Below, piece after piece: positions 38,241 through 49,276 of a DNA stretch of 64,000 bases. Each line of letters begins with the position of its first letter. Position 1 is the stretch's first letter. The stretch is from an uncultured Actinomycetes bacterium (GTDB taxonomy: Bacteria; Actinomycetota; Thermoleophilia; UBA2241). The position numbers were made by a program, and so were the translations under genes. The stretch spans positions 672,001-736,000 of the forward strand of contig CAVPVX010000007.1 in assembly GCA_963709345.1 (NCBI GenBank). Reading direction: 5' to 3'. The notes below the pieces were generated by a model. That model saw nothing but the letters and a program-made list of their open reading frames with translations. It did not search any database and was not told the origin of the DNA.

Positions 38241-39560
38241 ATGACCTCCCCCGGCACCACACAGACTTCCGGACTCCCGGCGACGCCACGCACGAGCTGG
38301 CTCCAGCTCGGCGTGGTCAGCGCGGCAGAGTTCGTGGTCTGGACGGGCTTCGGCGCGATCATGCCGTTCCTGCCCATCTTCCTCAGAGATGAGGCGCACA
38401 GCTCGCTGTTCATGATCGGTCTCATCTCCGCGATGTTCTACCTGGGTACGCTCCTGTTCTCCTCGCCCTTCGGCTGGCTCAGCGACATGATCGGCCGCAA
38501 GCCGGTGATGATCGGCGGCGTCACGCTCTTCGCCGTGGCGATGCTGCTCTTCACCACGACCATGAACCCCTGGTGGTTCGTGGTGTTCCGGCTGCTCGAA
38601 GGGGTCGGGACGGCAGCGGTGGCGCCGGCGGCCATGGCCTTCGTCGCCGACGTCACCACGGATTCCAACCGTAGCAAGTCCTACGGCATCCTCATGTCGG
38701 CGCAGTTCGGCGGGCTCATCGTGGGCCCGGCCATCGGCGCCATCGCCCTGCGCTTCCTCGGCGACGGCACCTCCGGCTTTCACGCCATCTTCTACTTCGG
38801 GGCGATCCTCGCGGCGCTGACCGCCGTGGCGCTGGTCGCCTTCATTCGCGAGCCGGCCCAGCTCCAGGAGCGTCGCCGTGCGCGGCGCGGAGCGAAGGCC
38901 GAGAAGCCGCCCTACGGCCAGATTCTCACGCCGGCCATCCTGGCCTTCCTGCTGGTCGGCTTCACCAGCCACTTCGCGATGGGCGCGTTCGAGGTCGTGT
39001 GGAGCCTCTACCTGCGCGACCTCGGCGCCTCGAACACCTACATCTCGGCCACGTGGATCGCCTTCAGCGTGCCGATGCTGTTCGCCTTCTTGGGCGGGAT
39101 CGTCGCCGACCGCTACAGCCGCTTCATCCTGATGTTCACCGGCTACACGATATCCGCAGCTGCGTGGGTCATCTACGGCACGACCACGAGCCTCGTGGTC
39201 TTCATCCTCGTCAACGTGATCGAGGGATTCGCAATCGCGTTCTCCTACCCGGCCAAGCAGGCCTTCCTCGTCCAGGTGAGCCCCAAGCGGTTCGTCGGGA
39301 CGGTGACGGGACTCGAGACGACCTCCATGCAGCTCGCCGGCCTGATCGGTACGCTGGCGGCGCCGGTCATGTACGGGTGGATGTCCGGCTACGTGATGGC
39401 CTTCGGCGGAGTCGTCAATTTCATCGGCCTGGCGATCGCCGCGCCGATACTCGCCCGCGCGTGGCGCCGCGTCCGGGCGGCGCCGGCGCCGGGAGCCGCC
39501 CCCGGCGAGACGGAGCCGCCGCCGGTGGCCGCCGCCCAGCCGCCGTTCGGAATCAAGTAG
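38241..39560 (+). CDS. MFS transporter (DHA1/TetA-like)
   Basis: GWLSDMIGRKPV, FRLLEGVG, GLIVGPAIG. Confidence 0.9.
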   Translation: MTSPGTTQTSGLPATPRTSWLQLGVVSAAEFVVWTGFGAIMPFLPIFLRDEAHSSLFMIGLISAMFYLGTLLFSSPFGWLSDMIGRKPVMIGGVTLFAVAMLLFTTTMNPWWFVVFRLLEGVGTAAVAPAAMAFVADVTTDSNRSKSYGILMSAQFGGLIVGPAIGAIALRFLGDGTSGFHAIFYFGAILAALTAVALVAFIREPAQLQERRRARRGAKAEKPPYGQILTPAILAFLLVGFTSHFAMGAFEVVWSLYLRDLGASNTYISATWIAFSVPMLFAFLGGIVADRYSRFILMFTGYTISAAAWVIYGTTTSLVVFILVNVIEGFAIAFSYPAKQAFLVQVSPKRFVGTVTGLETTSMQLAGLIGTLAAPVMYGWMSGYVMAFGGVVNFIGLAIAAPILARAWRRVRAAPAPGAAPGETEPPPVAAAQPPFGIK

Positions 39561-39621
39561 CGGCGCAACGGAAACGGCGACGCGAGGGGCGGGCCGGCGC
39601 AGCCACACCCGCCTCAGGCGC

Positions 39622-40671
39622 TCAGAAGCGCCGGACCTCTCGGTACAGCGTGTCCCGCTGCACCGGCGTGCGGCCGGCGGCGCGAATGAGCCGCACCATC
39701 TCGTCCACGTCGCACTGGTTGCGCACGCCGGCGGCGGCGACGACGTTCTCCTCGATCATGGTGGAGCCCAGGTCGTTGGCGCCGAAGGCCAGCGCGACCT
39801 GCCCGAGCCTCAGGCCCTGCGTGACCCACGACGCCTGGATGTTCGGAACGTTGTCGAGGTAGACGCGGCTGACGGCCAGGAGCCGCAGGTAGTCGAAGCC
39901 GGTGGCGGGCGTGTGGCCGGCCGCGAGCTCCGTGTTGCCGGCCTGGAAGGTCCACGGGATGAAGGCGGTGAAGCCACCGGTCTCGTCCTGCAGGTCGCGG
40001 ATGCGACGCAGGTGCTCGACGCGCTCCGCCGGCGTATCCAGCGAGCCGAACATCATCGTCGCCGTGGTCTTCATGCCGAGGCCGTGCGCGACACGCATCA
40101 CGTCGAGCCAGGTGTCGGTGGGGATCTTGTGCGGGCTGATGGCGGTGCGCACCCTGTCGACGAGCACCTCGGCGCCGCCGCCGGGGACGCTGTCGAGACC
40201 GGCGGCGTGGAGGCGGCGCAGCGTCTCGTCCACGGTCAAGTCGCTCGTCTTGGCGAGGTGCGCGATCTCGGGTGGCGAGAGCGAGTGGATGTGGATGGGG
40301 TAGCGTGCCTTGATGCCGCTGAAGACACGCTCGAACCAGCAGATGTCGAGGTCCGGGTGCAAGCCGCCCTGCATCATGATCGCGGTGCCGCCGAGGGCGA
40401 GCGTCTCCTCGATCCTGCGGTGGATGTCATCCTCGGAGAGCAGGTAGCCCTCCCCGCTCCCCGGCTTCTTGTAGAAGGCGCAGAAGCGACAGCCGGAGAT
40501 GCAGTAGTCCGTGTAATTGATGTTGCGGTCGACGATGAAGGTGACGTCGTCGCCGGGGTGGAGGCGTCGACAGACGGTGTCGGCGCGGGCGCCCAGAGCC
40601 AGCAGATCGCCGCCCTCAAGCAGGGCGAGGGCCTCGGGGTCGGAGATCCGCCCTGGCGCCTGCTCGCTCAC
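39622..40671 (-). CDS. mqnC: Cyclic dehypoxanthine futalosine synthase (radical SAM)
   Basis: DRNINYTDYCISGCRFCAF, QGGLHP, QASWVTQG; mqn context. Confidence 0.9.
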   Translation of the reverse strand: MSEQAPGRISDPEALALLEGGDLLALGARADTVCRRLHPGDDVTFIVDRNINYTDYCISGCRFCAFYKKPGSGEGYLLSEDDIHRRIEETLALGGTAIMMQGGLHPDLDICWFERVFSGIKARYPIHIHSLSPPEIAHLAKTSDLTVDETLRRLHAAGLDSVPGGGAEVLVDRVRTAISPHKIPTDTWLDVMRVAHGLGMKTTATMMFGSLDTPAERVEHLRRIRDLQDETGGFTAFIPWTFQAGNTELAAGHTPATGFDYLRLLAVSRVYLDNVPNIQASWVTQGLRLGQVALAFGANDLGSTMIEENVVAAAGVRNQCDVDEMVRLIRAAGRTPVQRDTLYREVRRF

Positions 40672-40898
40672 GAGACATCCCGGTCAAGCCGCTTGACCAT
40701 GACGACCAAGTCGAAGCCGGCGAGAAAGCCGACCAGCCCTCCATCTTCCTCGCCGATGATGCAGGTGTCGCCGAGATGCTCGAACAACTGCGGGCACACC
40801 GCGTGCACCATGTGGCGGCCCGGCCACCAGTCGTCGATGGCCTGTGCGACCGCCCCCGCGTCCGTGGGCTCAGCGGCGTGCCACGCCACGGCGCTCAC
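40668..40898 (-). pseudogene. Internally deleted YqjY-like GNAT paralogue (76 aa)
   Basis: DDWWPGR...LFEHLGDT...LVGFLAGF fused directly to DLVVMVKRL; acetyl-CoA binding core absent. Confidence 0.65.
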
Positions 40899-41398
40899 GC
40901 GCCGGCCTTCGGTTCGAGGAGCAGCTGAAAGCGCACCCGTTGGTCGCCGTGCGGCCCGCGCTCGGTGGTGACCGGGACGCCTTCGATCTCGTCGTCGCCG
41001 GGCAGGAGCGTGAACCCGAGCGCGGTGTGGAAGGCGATGGAGCCGGTGTTGACCGGAGCCGTGACGGCGCGGACCACGGAACGGCCGTCCGCGCGCGCCA
41101 TGTCGAGGAAGCGGCGGTAGAGGTCGCTGGCGAGACCGGCGCGCCGCCACTCGGGAGCCACACCGGCGAAGTGCACGTACGCCTCGTCGGCATGGTCCGG
41201 GCAGAAGAAGCCGACGAGGAAGGCGATGAGCCTGTCCTCGTGCTCGACGAGCAACGAGGTGCCGCGGAAGTGCTCGAAGAAGACGCGCGGCAGCAGCGCG
41301 CGCAGGTCGCGGCCGTCCCACCAAGCCGGCAGGACGGCCATCACGCGCTCCCAGTCGTCCGGGATCGGCCGGCGGAAGATGATGCCGGAACAGCTCAT
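40895..41398 (-). CDS. YqjY-like GNAT acetyltransferase
   Basis: WWDGRDL...LPRVFFEHF, AYVHFAGV, TAPVNTGSIAFH. Confidence 0.85.
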   Translation of the reverse strand: MSCSGIIFRRPIPDDWERVMAVLPAWWDGRDLRALLPRVFFEHFRGTSLLVEHEDRLIAFLVGFFCPDHADEAYVHFAGVAPEWRRAGLASDLYRRFLDMARADGRSVVRAVTAPVNTGSIAFHTALGFTLLPGDDEIEGVPVTTERGPHGDQRVRFQLLLEPKAGA

Positions 41399-41409
41399 CG
41401 GCGCCGGCC

Positions 41410-42274
41410 TCAGGCGCCGCCGGCCGCGGCGGCCGGTCCGTCCAGGTCGGGGACGCGCGCGAGCTCGCCGATGACGGCGGCGCGCCGGTAGAACTCGCTC
41501 AGCCCCTCCCGGTACTCGGGCGTGAAACCGAACTTGAGCTTGTCGAAATAGTCCATGAGGTACGCCTGGCTGAAATCGTAGACCTGGGCGGCCGCGGCGG
41601 CGGTGGCCCCGGGAGCCGCCGCGCACGCGTCGCGCGACGCGAGAAGCGCAGCGCCGACCGCAGCCGCCGCCTCGGGGCGCGCCTCCACGAAGTCCCGGCG
41701 CGCGGCGCACACCGCGTACACCATCGGCAGGCCCGTGACGCTCTTCCACTCGGCGCCGAGGTCGAAGTGGTGCGGGTAGGCCTCCACGCGCAGCAGGTGC
41801 AGCGCCTCGTCGCCGATCAGGAGCAGCGCGTCGAAGTCCTCGAGGACCTCCGACAACGGGCCGCGGCGCGGCGCGAACTCCGGATCGATTCCCCACTCGC
41901 GGCAGAGCACCTTGAGCAGGCAGATGGAGGTCGCGCTCTTCTCCGTCAGCGCGACTCTGCGGATGCGCGCGAGCGGGGTGCGCGCGAACAGCTGGATGGA
42001 GTCCACGGCGCCGAACGAACTGATGGAGATGTGCGGCAGCAGAACCTGCTCCTCGGCGTTGCGGGCGAAGGCGATGGAGGATGACAGCGTGACGTCGATG
42101 GTCCCGTCGACCAGCATGTCGTTGAGCGCCGCGGGATAGCCCTCGACGATCTCGGCGCCGACGCCGCGGGCGGAGAGCTCGCCGCTGAAGTGGTGGTAGA
42201 GCGGAAAACAGTTGACGAACTCGATGCGCCCAACGCGCACGGGAGCGTCGACCGGCGCACCTGCGGCGGCCGGC

Positions 42275-42285
<11 letters not shown>
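41410..42285 (-). CDS. mqnA: Chorismate dehydratase (futalosine pathway)
   Basis: GRIEFVNCFP, SATSICLL, LLIGDEAL, DLGAEW...LPMVYAV. Confidence 0.9.
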
Positions 42286-43396
<1,111 letters not shown>

Positions 43397-43415
43397 GGAA
43401 TGGACTCCAGGTTCG

Positions 43416-44396
43416 TCAGCTGTAGCGGTCGACTACCTGCGCCGCCACCTGGCCGAGCAGGTCGCGCTCGACGGTGTCGGGGCAGGAAGCAAGGACCGAC
43501 CGGGCCTCTTCAATGTACCGCAAAGCGGTGGCCCGGGCACGCTCGAGGGCGCCGCACTCGGCCACCGCGCGCAGGACGGCCGCCACGTCTTCGTCCGTGG
43601 CCGGCATCGCCAGGAGTCCCGCCAGCTCGGGCCGAGCCTCGAGAGCGTAGATGAGCGGCAGCGTGATCGTGCCGCCCCGCACGTCGGTCCCCGGGCGCTT
43701 GCCGGTGTTCGCCTCGTCACCCTCGCAGTCGAGGATGTCGTCGAAGACCTGGAAGGCCAGGCCCATGAGGCGGCCGAACTCGCCGACGGCGGCCACCGCG
43801 AGCGGCCCGGCCGCCGAGAGCATGGCGCCCAGCGAGCACGCGGCGGCGAACAGGTCGGCCGTCTTGCGTTCGCAGCGCCGCCCGTACGCCGACTCGTCGA
43901 CGGCGGTGTCGAAGGCCTCGGCGCGCTGCAGCACCTCGCCTTCGCTGAGGCCGACGGCGGTCGCACTCAGGATGTCCACGGCCGCCGGCTCGCCGGCGCC
44001 GACGAGCTCGGAGAAGGCGCGGGCGAGCAGGTAGTTCCCGGCGGACACCGCCGTCGACGCGCCGTAGCGGTGCGCCACCGTGGGCCGCCCCCGCCGCACC
44101 TCGGCCTGGTCGAGCACGTCGTCGTGCACAAGTGTCGCCATGTGCAGAAGCTCGACCGCCGCGGCTCCGCGGAGCACGGACTCACCCAGCGGGACACTCC
44201 GGCGCGCGCACAGGAGCACGAGCAGCGGCCGCATGCGCTTGCCTCCGGCTTCCAGTGTGGTCGCGCACGCCTTGCCGAGCGGACCCGGGTACTGCCCGGT
44301 CACGGTCGCGAGCCGCGCCTCGACGAGTTCGAGACCGCGCGCGTAGCGGCGCCGCTGAGCGGCCGAGCGCCACGAGAGGGCGGGGCGAGGCTTCAC
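43416..44396 (-). CDS. Polyprenyl diphosphate synthase (HepT-like catalytic subunit)
   Basis: GGKRMRP, LVHDDVLD, RRG, FQVFDDILD. Confidence 0.92.
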   Translation of the reverse strand: MKPRPALSWRSAAQRRRYARGLELVEARLATVTGQYPGPLGKACATTLEAGGKRMRPLLVLLCARRSVPLGESVLRGAAAVELLHMATLVHDDVLDQAEVRRGRPTVAHRYGASTAVSAGNYLLARAFSELVGAGEPAAVDILSATAVGLSEGEVLQRAEAFDTAVDESAYGRRCERKTADLFAAACSLGAMLSAAGPLAVAAVGEFGRLMGLAFQVFDDILDCEGDEANTGKRPGTDVRGGTITLPLIYALEARPELAGLLAMPATDEDVAAVLRAVAECGALERARATALRYIEEARSVLASCPDTVERDLLGQVAAQVVDRYS

Positions 44397-45181
44397 CTCG
44401 GCGCCTCGCCCACGTGCAGAGCCACGGCGCCGAACCCGAGGCGACGGAAGCGCACGTTGCGCAGCCCGGCGGCCGCCATGATCGCCGCCAGTCCCTCGGC
44501 GCGCGGGAAGGCGGCGACCGATGCGGGAAGATACGCGTACGCCGCCCGATCGCCGGTCACGACCCGGCCGAGAAGCGGGACGACCATGCCCATCCAGACT
44601 TGGTGGAAGCGCCGGCCGGGGCCGGCCGGCGCTTGCGTCGACTCGAGGCATACCACACGGCCTCCCGGGCGCGTGACGCGGGCCATCTCACGAAAGGCCC
44701 GCGCGACGTCCGGGACGTTGCGGACCCCCCAGCCCACCGTGACGGCCGCAAAGCTGTCGTCGTCGAAGGGCAGGTCGAGCAGGTCTCCGACGACGAAGGC
44801 GGCGGGCGCGGGCCTGCCGCGGCGCTCCCGCGCCGCGGCCTTCTCCCGCGCCCGGTCGACCATGGCCGCGGTGAAGTCGAGGCCGGTGACCGCGCAACCC
44901 GGACACGCGTCGAGCAGGCTGAACGTGAGATCGCCGGTGCCGCAGCACGCGTCGAGGACCGAGTCGCCGGAAGAGACCTGGGACTGGAGAGCTGCCGTCC
45001 GCCGCCACCGGCGATCGAGACCCGCGGTCATGAGCCGGTTCATGACGTCGTACCGTGCCGCGATGCCGCCGAACATCGCCTCGATCCGGCCGGGATCGCG
45101 ATCCATCGGCAGACCGCCCGTGCCGGCCGGCGCGGGCCGGCCTCCTGAGCCGGGCTCGTCGACCGGCTCGTCCACCGGCAT
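44393..45181 (-). CDS. menG: Demethylmenaquinone methyltransferase
   Basis: MFGGIAARYDVMN, LDACCGTGD, YAYLPASV. Confidence 0.88.
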   Translation of the reverse strand: MPVDEPVDEPGSGGRPAPAGTGGLPMDRDPGRIEAMFGGIAARYDVMNRLMTAGLDRRWRRTAALQSQVSSGDSVLDACCGTGDLTFSLLDACPGCAVTGLDFTAAMVDRAREKAAARERRGRPAPAAFVVGDLLDLPFDDDSFAAVTVGWGVRNVPDVARAFREMARVTRPGGRVVCLESTQAPAGPGRRFHQVWMGMVVPLLGRVVTGDRAAYAYLPASVAAFPRAEGLAAIMAAAGLRNVRFRRLGFGAVALHVGEAPR

Positions 45182-45792
45182 CAGCGCCGGCCCCCGTCCC
45201 ACGGCGGGAAGAGGGTCTGGGCGAAACCGAGGGCGCTCATCACCTTGCCGGCGATGTGATCGACCGCGTCCTGCAGCGACTGCGGCCGCGTGTAGAAGCC
45301 GGGCATGGCCGGGACCACGACGGCGCCGGCCTCGGCCAGTTCGAGCAGCCGGCGCAGGTGGATCTGCGTGAGCGGTGTCTCGCGCGGTACGAGCACCAGC
45401 GGTCGCCGCTCTTTGAGGGCGACGTCTCCGACGCGGTGCATGAGCGTGCGCGTCGTACCCAGCGCAAGGTGTGCGGCCGTCGACATCGAGCACGGGCACA
45501 CGACGGCGGCGTCGGGGAAGCTGCTGCCGCTCGCCGCCGGCGCCGCGAGGTCGTCGGGCGCGTACACCTCCGCGGTGGCGCCGGCGCGCTCGAGAAAGGC
45601 CGCAGTGACCGCCTCACGTCCCTCGGCGGGCAGCTCGAGTTCGTGCTGAAGAACGAGCACGCCGCTCTCCGAGACGCTGAGCTGCATGGCGCAGCCGGCC
45701 TCTGCCAGCGCCTGCACGAGACGCAGCGCGTAGGGCGCGCCGCTGGCGCCGCTCACGCCGACGAAGACGCTCTGTGGAGGGCGACCGGTCAT
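45181..45792 (-). CDS. ubiX: Flavin prenyltransferase UbiX
   Basis: GVSGASGAPY, ASGS, PCSMST, VPRETP, PAMPGFY. Confidence 0.93.
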   Translation of the reverse strand: MTGRPPQSVFVGVSGASGAPYALRLVQALAEAGCAMQLSVSESGVLVLQHELELPAEGREAVTAAFLERAGATAEVYAPDDLAAPAASGSSFPDAAVVCPCSMSTAAHLALGTTRTLMHRVGDVALKERRPLVLVPRETPLTQIHLRRLLELAEAGAVVVPAMPGFYTRPQSLQDAVDHIAGKVMSALGFAQTLFPPWDGGRR

Positions 45793-46436
45793 GTCTCACG
45801 CTCCGTACGCCGGCGCCCGCAGCCGGCTGTTGCCTCAGGGATCGATGCCCCCTGCGTGTCACTGACCACCGTAGCAGCCCTTTGCCCGGTGCCGCCGTTG
45901 CCGTGGCGCGATACGGAGCGGTGGCACCGCACGCAGGTGCTCTTGGGGACGCGCTTCCGCGCCTTGTGGAACGTGCCGGCTTGACACGACCAGCAGGTGT
46001 CGTCGGGGTAGCTCCGGAAGTCGGTATGGCATGCGCTGCAGGTGGCGTCGGTGGGTGCCCCGCCGCTGTGGCAACTGCACCCGGCAGCGCCTTCGTGGCC
46101 CCACGCCCCGAGCGGCCGCTCTTGCTTGTAGTGATCGACGGGCGGCGACCCCGCGAAGACCACCTTGTCGAACGGCCAGTTCTCGGGCTTGAGGTGAGCG
46201 CTGAAGAAGTGGGGGAAGATGAAGATCACGCTGATGAGTGTGATGTACGCAGCGTGGAAAGACCAGGCCGGCAGCGACGAGCGCGGGCTCCGTCGCCTTG
46301 CACGACGCGCAGTACGTGGGTGTATCGGTGACCCAGACGGGGATGACCACGACGACCGCGAGCACGGCGATGAAGCCGATGGCGGCGGCGGCGGAGACCC
46401 ACGGCGACCGGTACCACGGACGCGGCCTCGGCTCAT
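45789..46436 (-). pseudogene. Chimeric remnant of multiheme cytochrome c / cytochrome b genes
   Basis: TM plus TDTPTYCASCK, then PHFFSAHLKPENWPFDKVVF, then CSCH, CSACH, CWSC, CVRCH; frameshifted. Confidence 0.6.
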
Positions 46437-46610
46437 AGCGGCAACGCGGGCGGCCCTAAGGCAAGATCGCGGACCTCTCTGGCTCAAGGCTCTGACAGTG
46501 CGGCCGGGCGATAGAGTCCCCACTCTTCGGTCCGGCAGACCGGATCGTGCCATCCCGGGTATACGGCGGCGAGTGCTTGTTGCCTTGATCCGCCGCCGCG
46601 GCGCCGCGCC

Positions 46611-47489
46611 TCAGTGCACCGTCACGGACAGGATGACCACGGCGCCGTAGAGCAGGCCGACGGCGCCGTTGACGGTCATGAAGCCCATGCCGACCTCGCG
46701 GAGGCCCCGCCGGGCGATATCGACGTGCGACCAGGCGAGGATCGCCGCGACCAGCGCCAGGCCGCACCAGTACACCCAGCCGAGCCCTGCGAGCGCGCCG
46801 ACGGCGGCGAGCAGCGCCACGGTGGCGATGTGTGAAGCAGCAGCGGCCAGGATCGCGCCGCGCTCGCCGGCGGCGACGGGCAGCGAGTGCAGGCCGTGAG
46901 CGCGGTCGAACTCGAGGTCGAAGACCGCGTACAGCACATCGAACCCCCCGACCCAGAGCCCGACGGCGAAGAACAGCAGCCAGGCCTCCGCGGCGACCGA
47001 GCCCGTGACCGCCACCCACGCGGCCGCCGGCGCCAGCCCGAGGGTGAGGCCGAGGAAGTAGTGGCAGAACCAGGTGAAGCGCTTGGTGTACGGATACAGG
47101 ACGAACGCCGCCAGCGGGATCGGCCAGAGGTAGCGGCACGGCGCGGAGAGGTTGATGGCGGCGACCACGAGCAGAGCCACGGAGACGGCGGTGAACAGCC
47201 AGACCTCGCGCCGGGCGAGGCGCCCCGTGGGCAGCTCGCGCTCCGCGGTCCGCGGGTTGCGCGCGTCGATGCCGGCGTCGATGAGGCGGTTGAGCGCCAT
47301 CGCCGCGCTGCGCGCGCCGACCATCGCCACGGTGATCCAGAGGAGCTGACTCCAGGTCGGCGCCCCGTCCGCGGCCAGGAAGGCGCCGGCATAAGCGAAC
47401 GGCAGGGCGTAGACGCTGTGCTCGATCTTGACGAGCCGGGCGAAGAGCGTGGGCCTGGAGACGCGGCCGGCGTCGCCGGAGGACGACAC
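46611..47489 (-). CDS. UbiA-family prenyltransferase (MqnP-like)
   Basis: KIEHSVYALPFAY, ARSAAMALNRLID..IDARNPRT, YPYTKRFT. Confidence 0.92.
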   Translation of the reverse strand: MSSSGDAGRVSRPTLFARLVKIEHSVYALPFAYAGAFLAADGAPTWSQLLWITVAMVGARSAAMALNRLIDAGIDARNPRTAERELPTGRLARREVWLFTAVSVALLVVAAINLSAPCRYLWPIPLAAFVLYPYTKRFTWFCHYFLGLTLGLAPAAAWVAVTGSVAAEAWLLFFAVGLWVGGFDVLYAVFDLEFDRAHGLHSLPVAAGERGAILAAAASHIATVALLAAVGALAGLGWVYWCGLALVAAILAWSHVDIARRGLREVGMGFMTVNGAVGLLYGAVVILSVTVH

Positions 47490-47496
47490 CCGAGGG

Positions 47497-47727
47497 TCAG
47501 ACGCCGGGCGCGGCGGGCTTGCCTGCCGCCTTGTCGGCGGACTCGGCCTCGGGCTTCTCGGCCGGTGTCGAGGCGGGTGCGCTCGCGTCCGCATCGACCA
47601 CGCCCGCCGCCACGACGGTGGGCGACGTGATCCCCAGGTACGCGCTGATCGTCCAGCAGACGATGGCGATCGCCCAGTTGGCGAGCGACAGGATCAGCAG
47701 GTGGCGATGGATGTTCCCGTGAAACAC
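47497..47727 (-). CDS. Small single-TM membrane protein
   Basis: GAGGAGG RBS; one hydrophobic helix plus an Ala/Pro/Glu/Lys tail; lies inside the mqn operon. Confidence 0.6.
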   Translation of the reverse strand: MFHGNIHRHLLILSLANWAIAIVCWTISAYLGITSPTVVAAGVVDADASAPASTPAEKPEAESADKAAGKPAAPGV

Positions 47728-47831
47728 GGCCGCCTCCTCACGTTGCCCGTGGCTTCGTCACGACGGCCCCAGTCTAGAAGCGCGTCGCTCCTGCGTAAAG
47801 CGTCGCGGGGAGACGCCGTTCGCGGGCGGCC

Positions 47832-49274
47832 TCACGTGAACGGCAGCCCGAGCTCGGCCCAGCGGGCGTCCACGCGGGCGACGACCTCCGGGCTCATACC
47901 CAGCTCGTCGGGCCAGTCGCGGGTGTGACCCTCCTCGGGCCAGGTCCTGGTCGCGTCGATACCCATCTTGGCTCCGTAGCGCGCCAGCGTGCTGGAGTGG
48001 TCGAGCACGTCGAGCGGGCCGTCGACCACGACGCAATCGCGGGCCGGGTCGACGTTGTTGAACACCCGCCAGGTGACGTCGCTGTAGTCGTGGACGTCCA
48101 CGTGCTCGTCGACGACCACGACGAACTTGGTGAACATCATCTGCCCCATGCCCCACACGGCGTTCATGATCTTGCGTGCCTGACCGGGATACTCCTTGCG
48201 GATGCTGATGATGGCGCAGTCGTGGAAGACGCCCTCGATCGGCAGGTCCATGTCGACGATCTCGGGCTGGACCAGCTGCAACAGCGGGAGGAAGAGGCGC
48301 TCTGTCGCCTTCCCGAGGTACGCGTCCTCCATCGGCGGCTTGCCGACGATGGTGGCCGGATAGATGGGGTCGCGGCGATGGCTCATGGCGGTGAGATGGA
48401 AGACCGGGTACTGGTCGGCCAGCGAGTAGTAGCCGGTGTGGTCGCCGAACGGCCCCTCGAGCCGCGTCTCTCCCTTCTCGACGTAGCCCTCGAGGACGAT
48501 CTCGGCGTCGGCCGGCACCTGCAGGTCGACCGTCTGGCAAGGGGCCATGTCGACCGGCTCGCCGCGCAGGAAGCCGGCGAACATGAACTCGCTGATGCCC
48601 GGCGGGAGCGGCGCCGTGGCGGCGTACGTGACGGCCGGGTCGGTGCCGAGGGCCACCGCCACCTCCATGCGGTCGCCCGCCTCGCGGAAGTTGGCCGCGC
48701 CGTCGTGGTGGACGTGGATGTGCATGCCGGTGGTCCGGCCGTCGAAGACCTGCAGACGGTACATGCCGGCGTTCTGGCGGCCTTGGCGGTCCTTGGTGAC
48801 GACGATCGGCAGGGTGATGAAGGGGCCGCCGTCGCCGGGCCAGGTGGTGAGCACCGGCAGGCGCGCAAGGTCCGGCGGGTCGACGACGACCTCGCGCCAG
48901 GCGGCCTTCTTGCCGTACCTGGGCCCGTAGGAGGCGAGTTCCTTGAGCTGGCCGAGCGCCTTGACCTTGCCGACGAGGCCGCTCGGCACCTGCAACTCGA
49001 GCAGGCCGCCGATGCGCTCTGCGATGTCGTCGAGCGGTGCGCCGAGCGCCAGCTCGAGACGCCTGTACGAGCCGAGCTGATTCATGAGAACGGGCACGGC
49101 CGGGCCGGCTCCGCCCGCCGGCCGCTTGGGCTGCTCGAAGAGCAACGCGGGGCCGTGGGCCTTGCTGGCCCGGTCGGCGATCTCGGCCATCTCGAGGTAT
49201 GGGTCGACCTCCGGACGCACGCGGGCGAGCTCGCCCTCGCGTTCCAGCAGACTGATGAAGGCGCGCAGGTTCAC
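47832..49274 (-). CDS. UbiD-family menaquinone biosynthesis decarboxylase (MqnL-like)
   Basis: LPVLTTWPGDGGPFIT, GMYRLQ, EGPFGDHTGYY, KMGIDAT. Confidence 0.92.
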   Translation of the reverse strand: MNLRAFISLLEREGELARVRPEVDPYLEMAEIADRASKAHGPALLFEQPKRPAGGAGPAVPVLMNQLGSYRRLELALGAPLDDIAERIGGLLELQVPSGLVGKVKALGQLKELASYGPRYGKKAAWREVVVDPPDLARLPVLTTWPGDGGPFITLPIVVTKDRQGRQNAGMYRLQVFDGRTTGMHIHVHHDGAANFREAGDRMEVAVALGTDPAVTYAATAPLPPGISEFMFAGFLRGEPVDMAPCQTVDLQVPADAEIVLEGYVEKGETRLEGPFGDHTGYYSLADQYPVFHLTAMSHRRDPIYPATIVGKPPMEDAYLGKATERLFLPLLQLVQPEIVDMDLPIEGVFHDCAIISIRKEYPGQARKIMNAVWGMGQMMFTKFVVVVDEHVDVHDYSDVTWRVFNNVDPARDCVVVDGPLDVLDHSSTLARYGAKMGIDATRTWPEEGHTRDWPDELGMSPEVVARVDARWAELGLPFT

Positions 49275-49276
49275 GG

